From: Trichinella spiralis
Lineage: Eukaryota
NCBI RefSeq assembly: GCF_000181795.1
Contig: NW_003526945.1
Span: 5,497,656 to 5,561,655 of the forward strand
Direction: 5' to 3'
Length of the DNA: 64,000 nucleotides
Position 1 is the stretch's first letter; every line of letters begins with the position of its first letter. This document shows, piece by piece, positions 35,186-50,573 of this stretch. The translations under genes and the position numbers were made by a program. Under the pieces are notes generated by a model, which did no database searches, was not told the DNA's origin, and saw only the letters and a program-made list of their open reading frames with translations.

Positions 35186-38100
35186 ATGCACACCGCAACA
35201 GCAGATGGTCAAAATATCCAAAGCCGACCGGCCAAAAAAGGTAATTTCAAAATTTTATTTCACCACACGTATCCTATTTGTGTTTTTTTTGACAAATTTT
35301 CCATGCTTGTGCAGGTTGCAATTTGGGATGGCGACACATTGTCACTGTTCTGTGCTTTTTCGGCTTTTTCTTCTTGTACGCGTTGAAAGTCAATTTGAGC
35401 GTTGCCATCGTCGCCATGGTAAATCATACGGCAATACACGAGGTCGAAGGGACCACCGGCGGCAACGCCCATGACAACTTGGACGGCAAAGTTGTGGCCG
35501 AAGTCTGCACTCGGGAACAAAAAGCCGACGAGGCTAAAGTGCCCCCGAAAAAGGTGACCAAATATTTCCATTCATATTTTCACAGTTCAATTTTTCCACA
35601 CCAGTCTCAGAGGTTGAATGAGGGGAAAAATTTTCCTAACAGATCAATGATTGCAATTTCGATTATTCAAATTCTGCGGCATATTTCCTTCCGGCTGTTT
35701 TCCAATCTCTCTCTCTCAGCAGTGTCTGATTGATGTCAACTGACTATTCAAAAGCCAAATTAATTAATTCAACGATAAATATTATAATATTTTACTACAC
35801 AGCGAACAACAACGATCTCATCTGTAAATGGTGCACTGTTTGTGTTTGCATTTTAAAAATTTAAGCTTGATTCTCCTCAGATTTGGAAAGTTTTGTCCAA
35901 ATTGTCAAAGAGAAAAGATACAAATAACAGGTTCAATTTGATGACCTTGATAATATGCATACTTTTGAAAACGGTACAGATGTGGATCATTGATAAACTG
36001 ATCGAAATGTTTAAAGTCGAAGACAAGGAGCAAAGAATATTTATTAATTTTCTTCTCCATTCACGTTTACACTCCATTTATACTCTTCTCAGTGCTCATC
36101 AATCAAACAATAATGGAGATTTTGGTATCTTATCAAGTATTGATAAATGTTGCCGACATTTTTCTTCTTTTCCAATCTATCTCTGTTGGTGAAAAAGCAT
36201 TGAAAATGAACAGATGAATTTTTCAATGGATTCTACAACGTGGATTACCATTAATCGTTGTAATTTTCAATGCAAAATAATCATCCACGTTTACTGTGAT
36301 GATTTTTTTTTTCACTGATCCTTCTACAGGCTTTTTCTCCTTTCTCGTCATTTATTCCTGTTACTTCAATTTGAATTGTCAGTGATGCTAATTTGTTTTC
36401 AAGTCACATTTTTTGCATCTTTTACGCATCACCCAGTGAATGGTGGAATATCCAGCTATTGGTGATTGTTGTTGTTATTTATTGGGTTTGTCAATTAATT
36501 CCAAACTGGCCTTCTTGTTTAATATCAAAAAGTGCTGAAACAACTGTTATCTATATCTATATCTATATATATATCTATAAAGAGCCCCTAATTCTTTCTC
36601 TTTTCTTCAAAATGCCATCGTTGTGGTCGTCATTTTTGATGACGGGCAAGTTTGTTTGAAACGAACGTGATCTCGAAAGGGAAAATGATGCACATCTCCG
36701 GGCAAGCATTTTTCTCTTCTCTTTCTCATTGCTTGTGTTAATTAGAGCGGACTGCTGCCACCACCCTGTCAATGAAAAGCAACAACAACAACAACAGTGC
36801 CCAAACTGGCAAACAACAAGTTGATTATTATCATCAACCTGCGATATCATTTCCAACATCAATTTGTTTATTTGTTTATTTGTTTGTTTGTTTTCATCAG
36901 GATTTGATCAGTTTTGCTTTTTGCAGTAATTTTTACCGATGAAGCAATGCAATTGTTTTTTACAATTGCACACTTTTCAATACGAGCTTTTTGTAGCGTT
37001 ACCATTTTAGCCACTACCTTCTCGGTTGTTTACGGGCAATGGGCAGGCAGATTTTGCTCACATTAATTTGTCGAAATTGGGGCTGTTTTTCTATATTGTT
37101 GTCATTATGTTGTCAGTCAGTTTCCAAAATCACAAAGCCAACTGCGCGGTGTAATTTAATAATCACTGATGAAGTAAATATTTTCATCCAACAACCCTCA
37201 TCTACTATACGGTCAACGAACATACGACAATTGTGATATTGTGAAGTGTAATTGCGTTGCCGTTTTTGTCATTGATAAGAAATTTGTTGCCAAATTTGGA
37301 CACACATGCAGCTACTGGCTGACAAGGTGTAGAATATCGAAGGTGACTGACATGTGTGAAATTGTGTTGAATGCATTCAACAGAGCATCAATAAAATCTG
37401 CACACACATGTATGTATATAACTAAACAAATACTTCACCAACAGATAGAGATGTATTAGAGAAATGAAAAATAACAATATTGGCTTCAAATTTGATTGAT
37501 CTTTTCTACATAATCCAATGTTCAAATAATACTGTTGATCCGAGATTAGCACTTATAAAATCTATGAGGAAAACTGATCCTGATTTGAAGAAGCCAGGTT
37601 GATTATTAATGGATTCTTTCTTGCAATTTTCACATTTGATCGTTTATGCCAATATGCAATTGTACTCTTTTGAAACAGCTGAATTAGCTTATTATTAATT
37701 CTACATTCTCGTCCACTTGTTTGCAACGTCAGCGAACAATGAACTAACACTTTATTTGAACTGCGTGTCGTCGTGTGTTTCGATTTGCCTCATGTATGCT
37801 AACATGAAATGGCAAGATTAAGAATTTCTGTAAATTTTCAATTTACCATTTCCACTGTGTTTTAACTCAATCGGCAAATATTTTACCAACATGCCTCCTC
37901 TTCATCAGTTTGATGCTTCATTTTTTTTATCTACTCAATTTTCAATATTTAAAATTTTGCTAATATACATCTGCAAATTCTGAACATGTGCAATATATGA
38001 CGTGTTTTCTTGAACACTTCGGGAGTTTGGTTTTAATTGAAATGCCCGACAGTTGTTGAATACGTGAACAATATTACAAGTGGTACATTTTATTGTTGCA

Positions 38101-40613
38101 AGCTGAAAAACATTTTGAAAACTTCGATTTTCTTCTTTTTCTTTATGGCTTTTCATGCTGCTATTCAACGAAATTTATCATCATAAATTCAGCATCTAAT
38201 ATTAATTTTCCATGTTCAGTCTACTGAAAATGACATCTGAGAAACATTTTGACATAAGCGTACATTGGCTAAATTGAGACACATCAATCGATGCAGGTCA
38301 TGGTTATAGGTTCCATATTTGTCAAGTTTACCGAGACAAATTAATATTTCGACTGCTGTATTTATTAAATATTAATTATTATTATGCGTTGTTTTACATT
38401 AACACCTGAATACACGCTGTATTGTAATCGATTTTTTGAAATTTCCCTCAAAGCCGAATTTATTTTAAAAATCATATTGAAAGCATTTTATTTGTGTTTA
38501 ATGTTTGTTTCTGATTTAATTTTTTACATTTGCTTGATGCTTGCTGTTTTCATGCATAAATAATATGATCGTTTTATAGGATGGCCCTTTTGTGTGGGAT
38601 CAAGCAACTCAAGGCAATATTCTTGGCTCCTTCTTTTATGGTTACATTCTTACGCAAATACCTGGAGGTCTTTTAGCAACCAAATTCGGAGGTATGATTT
38701 TAGCAGATGCTTTGTGAAAAACAATTTCACTTGTTACCATGTTGTTGATAAAATAATTTACAAAATTCTCAACGATGCCTGCAATCTGTTTATTCTATTT
38801 TCAGGCAAATGGGTCTTTGGTCTTGGAACTTTTTTAACTGCAGTCTTCACCCTTTTAACTCCAGTTGCAGCTGAAAGTGGTCCCACTATGCTAATTATTG
38901 TTCGAATTTTGATGGGTATTGCCGAGGTATGATGTCATTGAACAAATATTAAAAATTATTAGAGCATATTTTTTGCTGATGATAAATAAAAGTTCAAAGC
39001 TTTTTTTCAGGGCGTTACTTGGCCAGCTACTCAGTCACTGTTTGCTAAATGGGCACCACCTTCTGAAAGAAGTCGACTGCCGTCGTTTGCAATTTCAGGC
39101 TAGCCATTCATTCATTTATTCAGAGATTGTTGCTTATCATAATGCTGAAGTTTTCTTTTCAGGATGCTTCATTGGAACATTGACCGCGTTTATTGTGTCT
39201 GGCTTTTTAGCTGATTCATCATTCCTGGGAGGCTGGCCTTCAATTTTTTACGTATTCGGTTAGTTATATTGGTTAGTTTATTATGTGACAATTTACATAA
39301 ATGGGAAATTTTGCAGGAGTTTTGGGAATTGTATGGTTTATTTTGTGGACTCTGTTTGTGACCAATGGACCTGAAGATCACCGTTTTATCAGCAATGCAG
39401 AAAAGAATTTTATTGTCAACAGTTTGAAAGTTGAAGGTGGCTCAGGCAAAGTAAATTGTGCATTTTCTTTTCTAATTTCCCATTTAATATATTATCTAAA
39501 CGACAGTTACAAACCGTCAAACAATTAATCATCTCTTGGAAGTATATCTCTCATGCAAATTGGTATTAATTTATATTTCAGGCATTGCTATTCCAAGCAT
39601 GTTGCACAATTGCCCAGTATAGTATGTAACTGTTTTTGTTTATTTTTAGTCGCTGGCTTTTAAAGATGTACCTTGGCGAAAAATATTGACATCTGCTCCC
39701 ATTTGGGCTGGATTTGTTAGTCATTTCACGTACAACTGGTCACTGTATGTTCTACTCACTGGACTTCCGCTGTATTTCAAAAGTGTCCTCGGCTTTGATT
39801 TAAAATCTGTATATATTTCTTTTCTTTTTTTTTTATTTCTTTGCATCACCTAGTGGATGGCATTTTTATAGAACGGCGTTCTTTCTTCACTGCCATATTT
39901 GATCCAAGCAATAATACAGTCCATAGCCGGCCAAGTAGCTGATATGATGCGTACACGACTTCATCTTAGCACGAAAACTGTTCGTAAAATAATGGACTGT
40001 CTTGGTATGAATGTGCTAGACTTTTGTTTTTTCTTCGCTTATTAATAAAACTATGCTGTTAGGACATCTTCTGCCTGGATTGTGTGTTATTTTTGTCGGA
40101 TATGTTGGATGTAACAGTGCTGCTGCCGTCGCTTTGCTAGCAATGTCTGTCGGATTTTCTGGTCTCTGCGGTGGCGGTTTTTTCGTCAACTATTTAGACT
40201 TATGTCCCCAATACACCGGTAAGCATCAGTTGTTGCATTTTATTTTTGTACTGTTTTGCTGCTTATTGCTTATCTGTTTTCTTCACCATAAAGGCATTGT
40301 GTTTGGTATTTCCAATACTTTGGCTACTATACCTGGCATTTTGGGACCAAACATAACGGGATATTTAACAAGAGGCGCAGTATGTTGTTTATTTTCCAAT
40401 AATCACGGTTTAGGTTTCCAGTGTAGAATTTCCTTTTTCTTATTGTAGCCATCATTCGAATCTTGGAGAATTGTTTTCTTCATAGCTGGCGCTCATTATT
40501 TTGTTTCTGTCATTTTCTACGCCATTTTTGCTCAGGGTACTGTCCAACCTTGGGCACAAGCAAAATCTCCGCAAAATGTCACCTTAGCTGCGACAGAAGA
40601 AGATGATTCTTGA
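35186..40613 (+). CDS. SLC17 / sialin-like MFS organic anion transporter, paralogue 1 (multi-exon, ~3-kb second intron 35554-38579)
   Basis: [117 protein letters not shown] 35186 is phase-compatible with exon 2; TGA 40611-40613. Confidence 0.93.
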
Positions 40614-41396
40614 ATGTTATTTTTAATTCCTTTATTAATTATTACGTTAGCCTTATGCTGACCAGTTTGCCTTTTATTTTCTTTAATACTCTCAGTTAGT
40701 GCATTTCCATGTATTTGGGAAAGTGCTGCCAAGTAATGGGAACAATTTTAGACTCTAGAGTATTTTTATAATCATTGCAATAATTACAATCGAATGGTGG
40801 TGGTGATGATGATGGTGGTGGTCAATTTAACTTGCATTTACAATTACCTTGATTACCCTGATTTGCTGACTGACATTTCAGAAGTCAAGCAATGGTTAGT
40901 AATATTGTTTTCCAAATTTCAAGTCAGTCATTCATTCTGAAAGGCCACAAATTTTTTCTCTGTGCGTTGTGAATTTTCCTTTTATCTATACTATTATTGT
41001 ATGCTGATTTAGAGTGAGTATTAATTTTATTGGAAAATGTTTGACATTGAATGATTTGTCCCTATACATACATATATACGTATATTTATTTATTAAATCT
41101 ATTATTTTCTTTTCAAACAATGATAATAACAGTAAGCAGAGTTCCATACAAGAATGTAAAGTTTTTTCCTTGCTTTTTTTGATTTTCTAATTTAATTTCA
41201 ATTCAAGCAACACTTTAAAAAATGTTAATTTATTAATACTAAAATAAGATAAAAATGAAACAAAGCAAATTAACAGCAACATCTACGCATTATAAATGTG
41301 TGATGTACAAATGAACATTGTGCATAAAAAGTTCATCGTACAGTTAATGATGTGTTCTTAATGAGACAATGGTCAATCCGTTCGGATGGACAATTA

Positions 41397-43881
41397 TTAA
41401 GTGTCGGTTTTTGAAGAATTTTTTTCACTTTTATCCGACGCATCAGCCCACGGTTGAATAGAACCTTGACCAAAAATTAAATAAAATAGAGCTGAAAAGA
41501 AATAAATCGATGTTGCGATGTAAAAGACGTTTTGCCAGCGTTCTATGGTGGGCTGAAAGAGGCGAAGAAAAAAGGCGGCGTTTCAATTTTGTCAACTGCT
41601 GAAAGTGTCGAAAATTACTCACCTCATTTTCTATTATTAAGGAAGTGACGTAGGGTCCTATGATTCCTGGAATTGTCGCGAGCGTGTTTGAGATGCCAAA
41701 TATCGGACCTGAAGATATGCTAACAATTATACTGTGACCGATGATCTGTTGTTGTTGCTGCTACTTTACCTGCATATTGTGGGCAGAGATCGAAAAGATT
41801 GACAAAAAATCCCCCTCCACACAATCCGGCCATACCAACGGTGAATGTCAGTAGAGCAATTGCAGCAGTTTTGTCGCACCCGATGTAGCCAACACAAAAT
41901 ATTCCAATTCCAGGAAAGAAGTGTCCTACAATGTAGCAGCGGTTAATCGCTGTACAAATAAATGTTGGCAGTTCAGCTCATGTATTACCAGAACAGTCGA
42001 GCAGTTTTCTTAAATGGACTGTTCTCAAACCGCATTTTGATCTCAACAAATCTCCAATCTGTCCAATGCCTAACTGAACAACACTCATTGCGATATATGG
42101 AACAGCTGAAAGTATTCCATTCTGTAAAAAATTGTTATCAATTAACTTTACATTATGATGTTTTGCGCGTTTTTTTCTTATCATACAGCTTTCAAATCTA
42201 AGCCGAGAACAGTTTTAAAGTAGGTGGGTAAGCTGGTGAGAAGGGTATAATTGCACCAGTTGTAGCTGAAGTGACTCACAAAAACTGCCCAAACTGGAAG
42301 AGATGTTATCACCGCTTTCCACGGTAGATCTTTCACTTTAATAGGCTATAAGAAAATATTGCTTTATTGAGTTTTTGGGTGGATTTTTTCGTGGCAAAAA
42401 TCAAGCACTGCTTGTCTAATTTTGATAATTATCAAAACTACCAACGGGCAGTTTTGCATGATGGTTCAGAATGTTCAGATGAAGCAAAAGTTTTTGAAAA
42501 TTTAAGTTTTTTTCCTTAACCACAGTTTAGTTGATGAAATTCGTTGGAAAATTTAATCATTTTATCCACCCGTATCTGTGTTATTTTAATGTATATTTTA
42601 AATATTACTCACTTTTCCACTTTTGCCACTTGCTTTTACTTCACCAGACAACCCTTTTTCAATGTAATCTTTTTCCGAAGCAGATATGAATCTGTGATCA
42701 GAAGGAGTGCTTGAAACTAAAACGGCCCAAATAATGAACCACAGGCAACCAATAATTCCTGTTTTCAAAATGGAAAATGTTAAATTCTCAAAGCATTATA
42801 AAAATAGCAAAACTGCTTGCCACAAATGTAAAACACTGCCGGCCAACCACCGAGGAAATCCATATCTGCTAATATACCAGACGTCATGAAAGTGATTACC
42901 GTTCCAATAAAACAGCCTGCAGAATCAAAATCAGCAGCAATTGTATGAGAGAAATTATCACACGCTCGAGCGTGCGTGTGGATCTTTGTTATTACTGCGC
43001 ATTACCTGATATGGTCAACACGGGAACTTTGGTTCTTTCCATTGGTGGTACCCAAGACGCTAAAATCGCTTGACATGCAGGAAACGTTACTCCCTACAAT
43101 GTGCAATGGTAAATAATTTTCAGTGGAGCAAATTCGTAGAGTTCAGGTAAAATGACAAACTTCAGCCAAGCCTTCCAGTACTCTTACGAGAATAAGCCAT
43201 TCTATGCCTGCCCAAGCAGCTAAAGGAGTAAACAGTGTCAGCACTGAAGCGGATAATGTACCTAAACCGAACACCCATTTTCCTAAAAGTTTCAAAAAAT
43301 GAAATTTTAAAATCCGCACTCCAATAACCAAACAAATTTACCTCCAAATCTTGAAGCTAGCAATCCACCTGGGATTTGAGTAAAAATGTAGCCGTAATAA
43401 AATGAGGACAATAAAATGCCAGTTGTACTTCTGTCCCACACAAATGGACCATCCTAAAAAATTTTTTTTTGAAATATCACCAATGGCAAAAGTATTTTCT
43501 CACATCTAACCTTCTGCGGTGACGTGACGTTATCAGCTTGACATACAGATGTGAATGTAAGCATATCCAACGTGGACTCATTTCCAGCTTGCTCCATTGC
43601 AAGAACATCCAACGCAGTGTTATTGACCATTGAAACAATGCATACACTCAAATTAATAATCACCATATAATTCACCATAAATCCAACAGAACCAAGAAGG
43701 GCAATTGCGTGTCTCCACCCCCATTCTTAAAAAATAAAATTAAAATATTTTTTGCAGATGTATAATAAAAATTTTCTTAATGCAATATTAACTTACTGCT
43801 GTGTTCAGATGTACTCTCCTTGACAACAGCAACTGTTTCCATTGCAGTTCCAGTTGAGTTTAACTTGTCTAACGTTTTCAT
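41397..43881 (-). CDS. SLC17 / sialin-like MFS transporter, paralogue 2 (multi-exon)
   Basis: [109 protein letters not shown] 43881 (in-frame alternative 43842), TAA 41399-41397. Confidence 0.93.
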
Positions 43882-46800
43882 CTAAATGTAGGAAAAGAAC
43901 GAACTTTTCTGCAGTATAAATATAGCTTCACAAAAGTCAAATTTCGAAAGCTATAAACTGATTGTAATTGACATTCAGAAGTTGTGGCTGTTTTGTTTAA
44001 AATTAATTATTTTAAAGTTAAAATTAGTTAAATTAAAGGAGTTTAAAGTTTTCTCTTTAAACAAACACGGCATTGAACATTTAGACGAAATTTAAAGCAT
44101 GCACAAAAATTAGCATTGCAATTGCTCATTTTAAGCAGTGGTGCTTTGCATAAGAAAAAAACTGACAAATAAATAAAACCATGTATACAACATCAGATAT
44201 ACTTGTTGAATATTATTTTCATGAGCATTTGGATGAAGGAAATTGAAATGTTGAACAGAAGAATTCTACAGTGCATAAGAGAAAATTTTTGCGCTTGCGA
44301 GTTGCTTCTTAATTTCACACTTTTAAGTGGAAAAAATTTGCTACATTTATTCGATTCTGCTTTAAGTACATCGGTTGAACATCAACAAACATTGTAAACT
44401 TAAATAAAAGTAAACAGACTACTCAAGCAAGTATTCATTTGCATACTGAATGTCAAAGCAAATGATAAACTAGAGTTGTACTATTCAACAATATTTTACA
44501 TGGAAAATGAGCAAAATCAACTAGTAAAAAAGTAAATTTTTCACAAATTATATGCTGTTTGAATGTAAATAACTCGTTGTAGAATTTCGTATATTTGTTA
44601 GAAGAGCCCAAAAATTTTAATGATTTCAAGAACATTTTTAGATATTATCCCAGATGTAAAAAATGATGAATTTTTACATGTACATATACAGATGTTGCAG
44701 CAGAAGGGGAAATTGAAGTGAAAAATAAAGTAAGGCATACATTTTTATCCACCTTCTTAGCCAGTACACTTTGAACTGGAAAAAGCAGTCATCTTTACAC
44801 ACAGTGGAAAAACTACGTTCAAGTGCTCATACAAAAATATACTAATCTTATGTAATAGTTGAAATGAATGCAAACAGCTATGCGCAGGCAAGTGTTCAAA
44901 AATTCAGCGTGCAAAAGTTTGTTTGCAAGCTATGCATTTCTTGAAAACAACTGTTTCAAGTTGTAACAAGTCGAGTGTTTGGTTGTAACAGTTCAATTGA
45001 ATTTAACGACCATTTTATACTACAATACTTTAAGTTATGCAGCATATTTGTTTATTATATTATTAAAATAAAAATTTTTAATTATGCCGGATGAATGAAA
45101 TGATTTTGTGGTTTTGAAATAAGATCTGTAACTTCATTCTTCTAGTAATGCGAGCACTTGCAAACTTTATGCATTGTAAGTAAAAATATTCATAAGCGCT
45201 ACATTAATAAAATTTTATCGCTGTATGAATTCAATTTTTATTATACTTATTTTTAAGAGTTCAATTAGTTCAGAGGGTGGTACGTGATTCCAATTTTTCT
45301 TATTGAAACATTTTCTGATTACATATTTGACGCAACCGAAGAACATATTTTTCGCTGTACATGTGAATGTACATTCAAAAGGTTATTGTGAAAATTAATA
45401 ATCAATCAAATATGTATGTTTTAAGGTTATTTCAATGATAATTCATACAGTTTTTATTAAATTCAAAAGTACACTTTCAGTGCAGTGATAACATGACAAT
45501 ATTGTCGACGACCCTTTTACAGTTCAAATGTAGTTTTGAAAATGTGCTTTTTGCAATGCTGTAATACAACAAAAAGCATTTAGCTAATTGTTGTGATAAC
45601 TTAAATCCATGAAATTAAAAAGAATTGATAATACAATGTACAGAGAGGGCAGTTTTTGGTTGAAATAAGTGAAGCGATGCATAATGTTCTTTACTACTTA
45701 CGAATCGCATATTTGCCAATTAGATGTAAAAAAGCAAACTATTCAGCTTAATTAGCAGATAATGAGAAAACATAGGCAATAGCTGCTGCCACACTGAATT
45801 ACGTGTAAAACATACTTTTTAATGGTGTACAGTTGGAAAATCCATCTATGCTGACCAGAAAATTCTCATGCTACAAGAGAATGCTAAACTGTGCGTGCTA
45901 TGAACATTTTATACGATAGTTTATATTTATTTTGAAATTAGCATGGTCATTGTTGATAAAAAAGTAACTTTGCAAACTTTATAGAACCTGTTTATAGGGG
46001 GTAAATCAGATATGCAGTTATTTCCATGCAGTGTAACCTATAGCTGAGCTGGGAAAACGGTACAAAAGTTGATTTATTATACTGGACAAAATGTAAAAAA
46101 AGGAAGTGCATCTTTTTGAAGCACGTGAATTATGAAAATAAGTTGTGATTCACGTGAAATGTTATAGTTCAGCTGATGGAATGTTGAATTTCCTTCCTTT
46201 TCATTCATCGTTTTGCATCAGACATGGGAATTAACAAATAAATACGCACCTGATCAGCTTTTCGGTTTCAAATCTTAATGCAACAACGATCAGAAGGGAT
46301 TTTTTTGAGTAAGCGATAAAAACGTGAAATAGATGTTCAGTTCAGTTTAAAACGAGAAACGGAAAGAGCTAAAACAAATATATTCTTTGCAATGGAAAGC
46401 GTACGTGACTTCACCTGAAAATATTGTCAGATTTTCATATTTATTGCTAAATATTGTACAGAAAAATTGCAGCTTTTTCAAACTTTGCAAAAATAATTCT
46501 TTAAATTCTTCACAATTCATGCTGCAAATAATTTTTTTTGAATGCGTTCGTTGTTTTTATCATTTTTTAAATGGGGTGTTTCACAGGATGATTTTTTTTG
46601 ACAAATTTATGTAATGTGCTTTTAAAATTAAGCTTAATAACGAGAACAAAAACCTAATCTCTACAGTTGTTCAGAATATATCTTTAGTTAATGTTAATGC
46701 AAAAAAATTCATTTCAAATACTACTTTTTACTCCTCTGTGAAACATTTCACTTACTTAATGTTTACTATTATTATTTTAATCTTTCCCAGCATTAATAGA

Positions 46801-49800
46801 ATCTTTATTATAATTCTGCGCTTTACAAGTGAGTGAATATTTGCTTGAACTGCTTTCAACGCTATGTCTAACAACAGCACTTTAACATGTAGCAAATGTT
46901 CTCTTCAATGCTTCAATGCCTATTAATTAATGGCAATTTCATTTTCAAAACGGACATTTCATTTAAATACTCATATTTTTGCGTTTTCAGCTTAATTTTT
47001 TGTGTTTTAAAATTGAATGAATTGTTCGCCTATATAATAATCAATAGCGGGTATCAAAAAATCATTGAAGGAGAGAACAACAGACTTAAATTAGAGAAAC
47101 TGATTAAATACTTCATAAAAATGACAACACACTAGCAGAATTGTTACAAAGCCTCTCCTGAAGTGACATTCATGTCAAGAAGACCATGCCTTACGATGGT
47201 TTAGATTCTTTGAAATGTGCACCAAAAACATTCACTAGTGCCGATGATATTGTAACACTTATCAAGCTAATATACATGATCATTTAAAAATTGAAAACAA
47301 AATTTACAACTATATCCTCAACTCATGCAAAGCTTTTGCCATTGCAGCTGCAGCCGCGTGCATAGAGATGTCTAAAAGTTTGGTTAAATTTTACCTGGTC
47401 AAACTTGGGATGGGTTGTAAACTGAGCTTGGAACACTTTTCTACAACTAATCAATCACATTTTATATCTTTTTCTTCAGTATTTAAAGAATTCGAGATGT
47501 CAACAACTTGATGCATGTAATTGCGTTTTTACTACAAGCAATAAACATAATTTAAATTTTACATCATCGCATTACGAAAAATGCAAAAACTTCATTTGAA
47601 TTATTGTTATCTGAAATTGAAGAGCAATGATTCATTGGAATATTATTAATTTTTTCCAAGCTGAAGTAATTCAGAATTGAAGAACAAAAAAAATCTTGTC
47701 TATTTCATTCAAATCAAAGAAAGCACTTAGCAGTGTTGGTTTATTAAAAATTCTATTATGCTTCCAATTGAATTTCAAATTTTAACTAGCTTTCATTCAA
47801 AAAGAATTTTAATTTCAACCCAATCACGCCAAGGTGTATTATTGCGTATATTTTGCAGTTTATATTTATAAAATGGAAATTTCTCTTTTAAAAATATAAA
47901 AAGATTACTATAAATGTTCACGTTCATTCAACGCTTCATGAATAATTCATAGATAATTGTAAAAGTACGTCAGCGGATATTTATTTAATGAACTTCACAG
48001 TCTACAAAAGCATTGCATAAATGTAGTCAATCTGAATAAGAAAAGATTTTTAGAATTAAATTATAATATTTTACAATAATAAAGTTCAGCCTATGCAATG
48101 ATATGCAAATGTGCATAAAGCGTATACTCAATGAATTTTTCAGTTTTCCAATAACTTAACAATAACTGCAATTTTTCATTACATTCTACAAATTATTTTT
48201 GCAATGTATAAAACAAATATTATGCAAATTTTCATTTGAATAATAGCGTATTGTTAAAAGAGAATTATGATAAATTTGCGTGCAATTCTTGTGCATAAAA
48301 TCTCTATAATGAAAAAATATTATTTGTTGTTTTGGACAAAACTTGAAAAATGCACGTTACCATTTTTTTCCGGATGTTTATGTCGTATTTAACATGTACA
48401 AAATGCAAAAACTATTCCTTTCTAAAATTTCAAAAAATTGGAAATACATTAATTATTGCGAGCACATGTTAGCTGACATGGAAAATACGAAATTTCGTGT
48501 AGTTTTCATTTTAATTTTGGAATGCTCATAAAAATTTAATAGAGTAATGAAAATTGTAAATAATGCTTCATAATATGTTATTGTAAGTTTTTCAGATGTG
48601 CATTACTTTTTTACTGTAACAAATAATGTTGATGTAACAAATATGTCGTGTCTCAAAGTAATTCCGTTCTTTTTTAATTGTTTTGAATATTTTAAAATAT
48701 AAATTTTAAATTATTATCATTTTTAAATAATGAATCTAATGGATATTAATTTTTATTCGATGTTTCACTGAACTTATTCGTCTGAAATGAAGCACCTATT
48801 GATGATTGACTGTTCAATATTGAATAGCGAATACCGTCCATTCACTGTGCTACAGAGTTGATTGAATCATACAGTAAATAGTGTCGTACATTAATATTAA
48901 TCAGTGACGCAAATTTGTACTTTATTTCGTAATGCGACTGAAAATATTGCACTATTTATAAAATTGAATTAAAAGTGACAGTTAAAATGTGACACTTTCT
49001 TCTTCATTAAAAATTCATTTCATTGCAAAAAATGTGTAGCAATAAATATTAACAGAAAATATTTAAATTGTCAAAAACTAAAAATTTTTGCAGTTTATAA
49101 CATGTATTTTTAGTGACATTTGTTAAAAACTTTTACACAAAAATCCCATTCAAAAGTCACATTTCATTTCCTGCAAAATGTTAATTATAATTTGCAATGG
49201 TGCAAATTTCGAACTAATTTATTTTTTACTTTGAAATCATTTTATTTCAAAATGCCAGAAAGTGACAAGTGAAGTGAAAATTTTACTCTTTTTCTTATTT
49301 GTCTTATCTCTTCTGTTCTGATATATTTTGTATTTTGGGATAAAATTTTATTTGTTGTGTTCATATCACACATAAATTAAGGTAGTGTAACGTGAAAGCG
49401 TGCATCGTTTGTATTCAGCTCACGATCAGGCTCATCTCATGCAAAAAATCATGCACTAAGTAAACAATTTGACTAACTGAAATAGATAATATCAGCGCAT
49501 ATTTGCTCTTTCTGATCAAATATTAATTATGAATTATATGTCGCAAAAATTGTAAAAGAAATTCACATTCATCAATAATATACTGCATTGTTTGTGGAAT
49601 AATTGGTCGCGTGAAAGTAATTTGTACATTTTTGCAAATAAAAGTAAAAGCAATCCTTTGACGCTATCCAGCTTTGGTAAAGTACATAATTGAAATTATT
49701 CAGACAACAGATTTACAACTTTATTACAAATTGTAATGACAGTCAAACAAAATTTCAGTCTTCGAAAATTAGCCTCGAATTATTTCAATTTTGCCTTGCT

Positions 49801-50573
49801 GGAGCCTGGTAAGTGAACAACAAATTGGCATTACTCAGGAAAGTAACTTTTATACATTTGAAATTTAAATGACATAAATACTTTTTCATATTTCTCATCA
49901 TAATATTTACAGATATTTGCTTCCGTGTCTCTGCACAGTAGATGCTGTACAAAATACGCAACGTCGATTGTGCAAGCAACACATGCCATTAATATATACA
50001 AATAGTTTGCTTCCGCATATAACAACTTAACATATGCATGTATGAAGCAAAATACTTTAACTTGATATTTCATTATCAAGGGTCTGATTAACTATTGATT
50101 ACATGTGCAACTTAAATTGCATATAACAACTTAAATTGCATATAATTTGCAATGTGAAAATTCTAAATTATCTTATTTTTTACATTGGAATATTAATCAA
50201 ATTGATAAATTAACTAATATTTAATTAAACGTAATAAAGCACTTTTAATGAATAAAATTTTACAGATTTAATTTCATCATTCAGTCTAATAACAAATATT
50301 TGCAATGTAAATTATTCTGCAACAAACTTCATGAGAATAATATTAATTGTCAGTTGAATTTCATTATTATCTGCTTTTTATAAATAACCCTAACATTTCG
50401 GTTGTGAAAAAGGAACTTTTTTTGATGTACTGTTTTTAATTCATAATTTTGAAACCTTGTAACAATCTGTTTGTCATTCGATTTATTATACTTGATTGTT
50501 ATTTACTGTAATATTATTACGGTATATTTGCTTTTTCGACCTGTTTTGCTTGGAAATTACTAATTAGACGGTT

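Noticed and set aside
50108..50145. 19-bp tandem duplication CAACTTAAATTGCATATAA upstream of ARFGAP1
   Set aside because: Simple slippage duplication in AT-rich DNA with no functional cue.
44200..50300. Short ORFs and exon-like fragments in the AT-rich interval between SLC17 paralogue 2 and ARFGAP1
   Set aside because: Low-complexity F/I/K/N-rich translations without consistent splice phases or homology; a diverged gene cannot be excluded.
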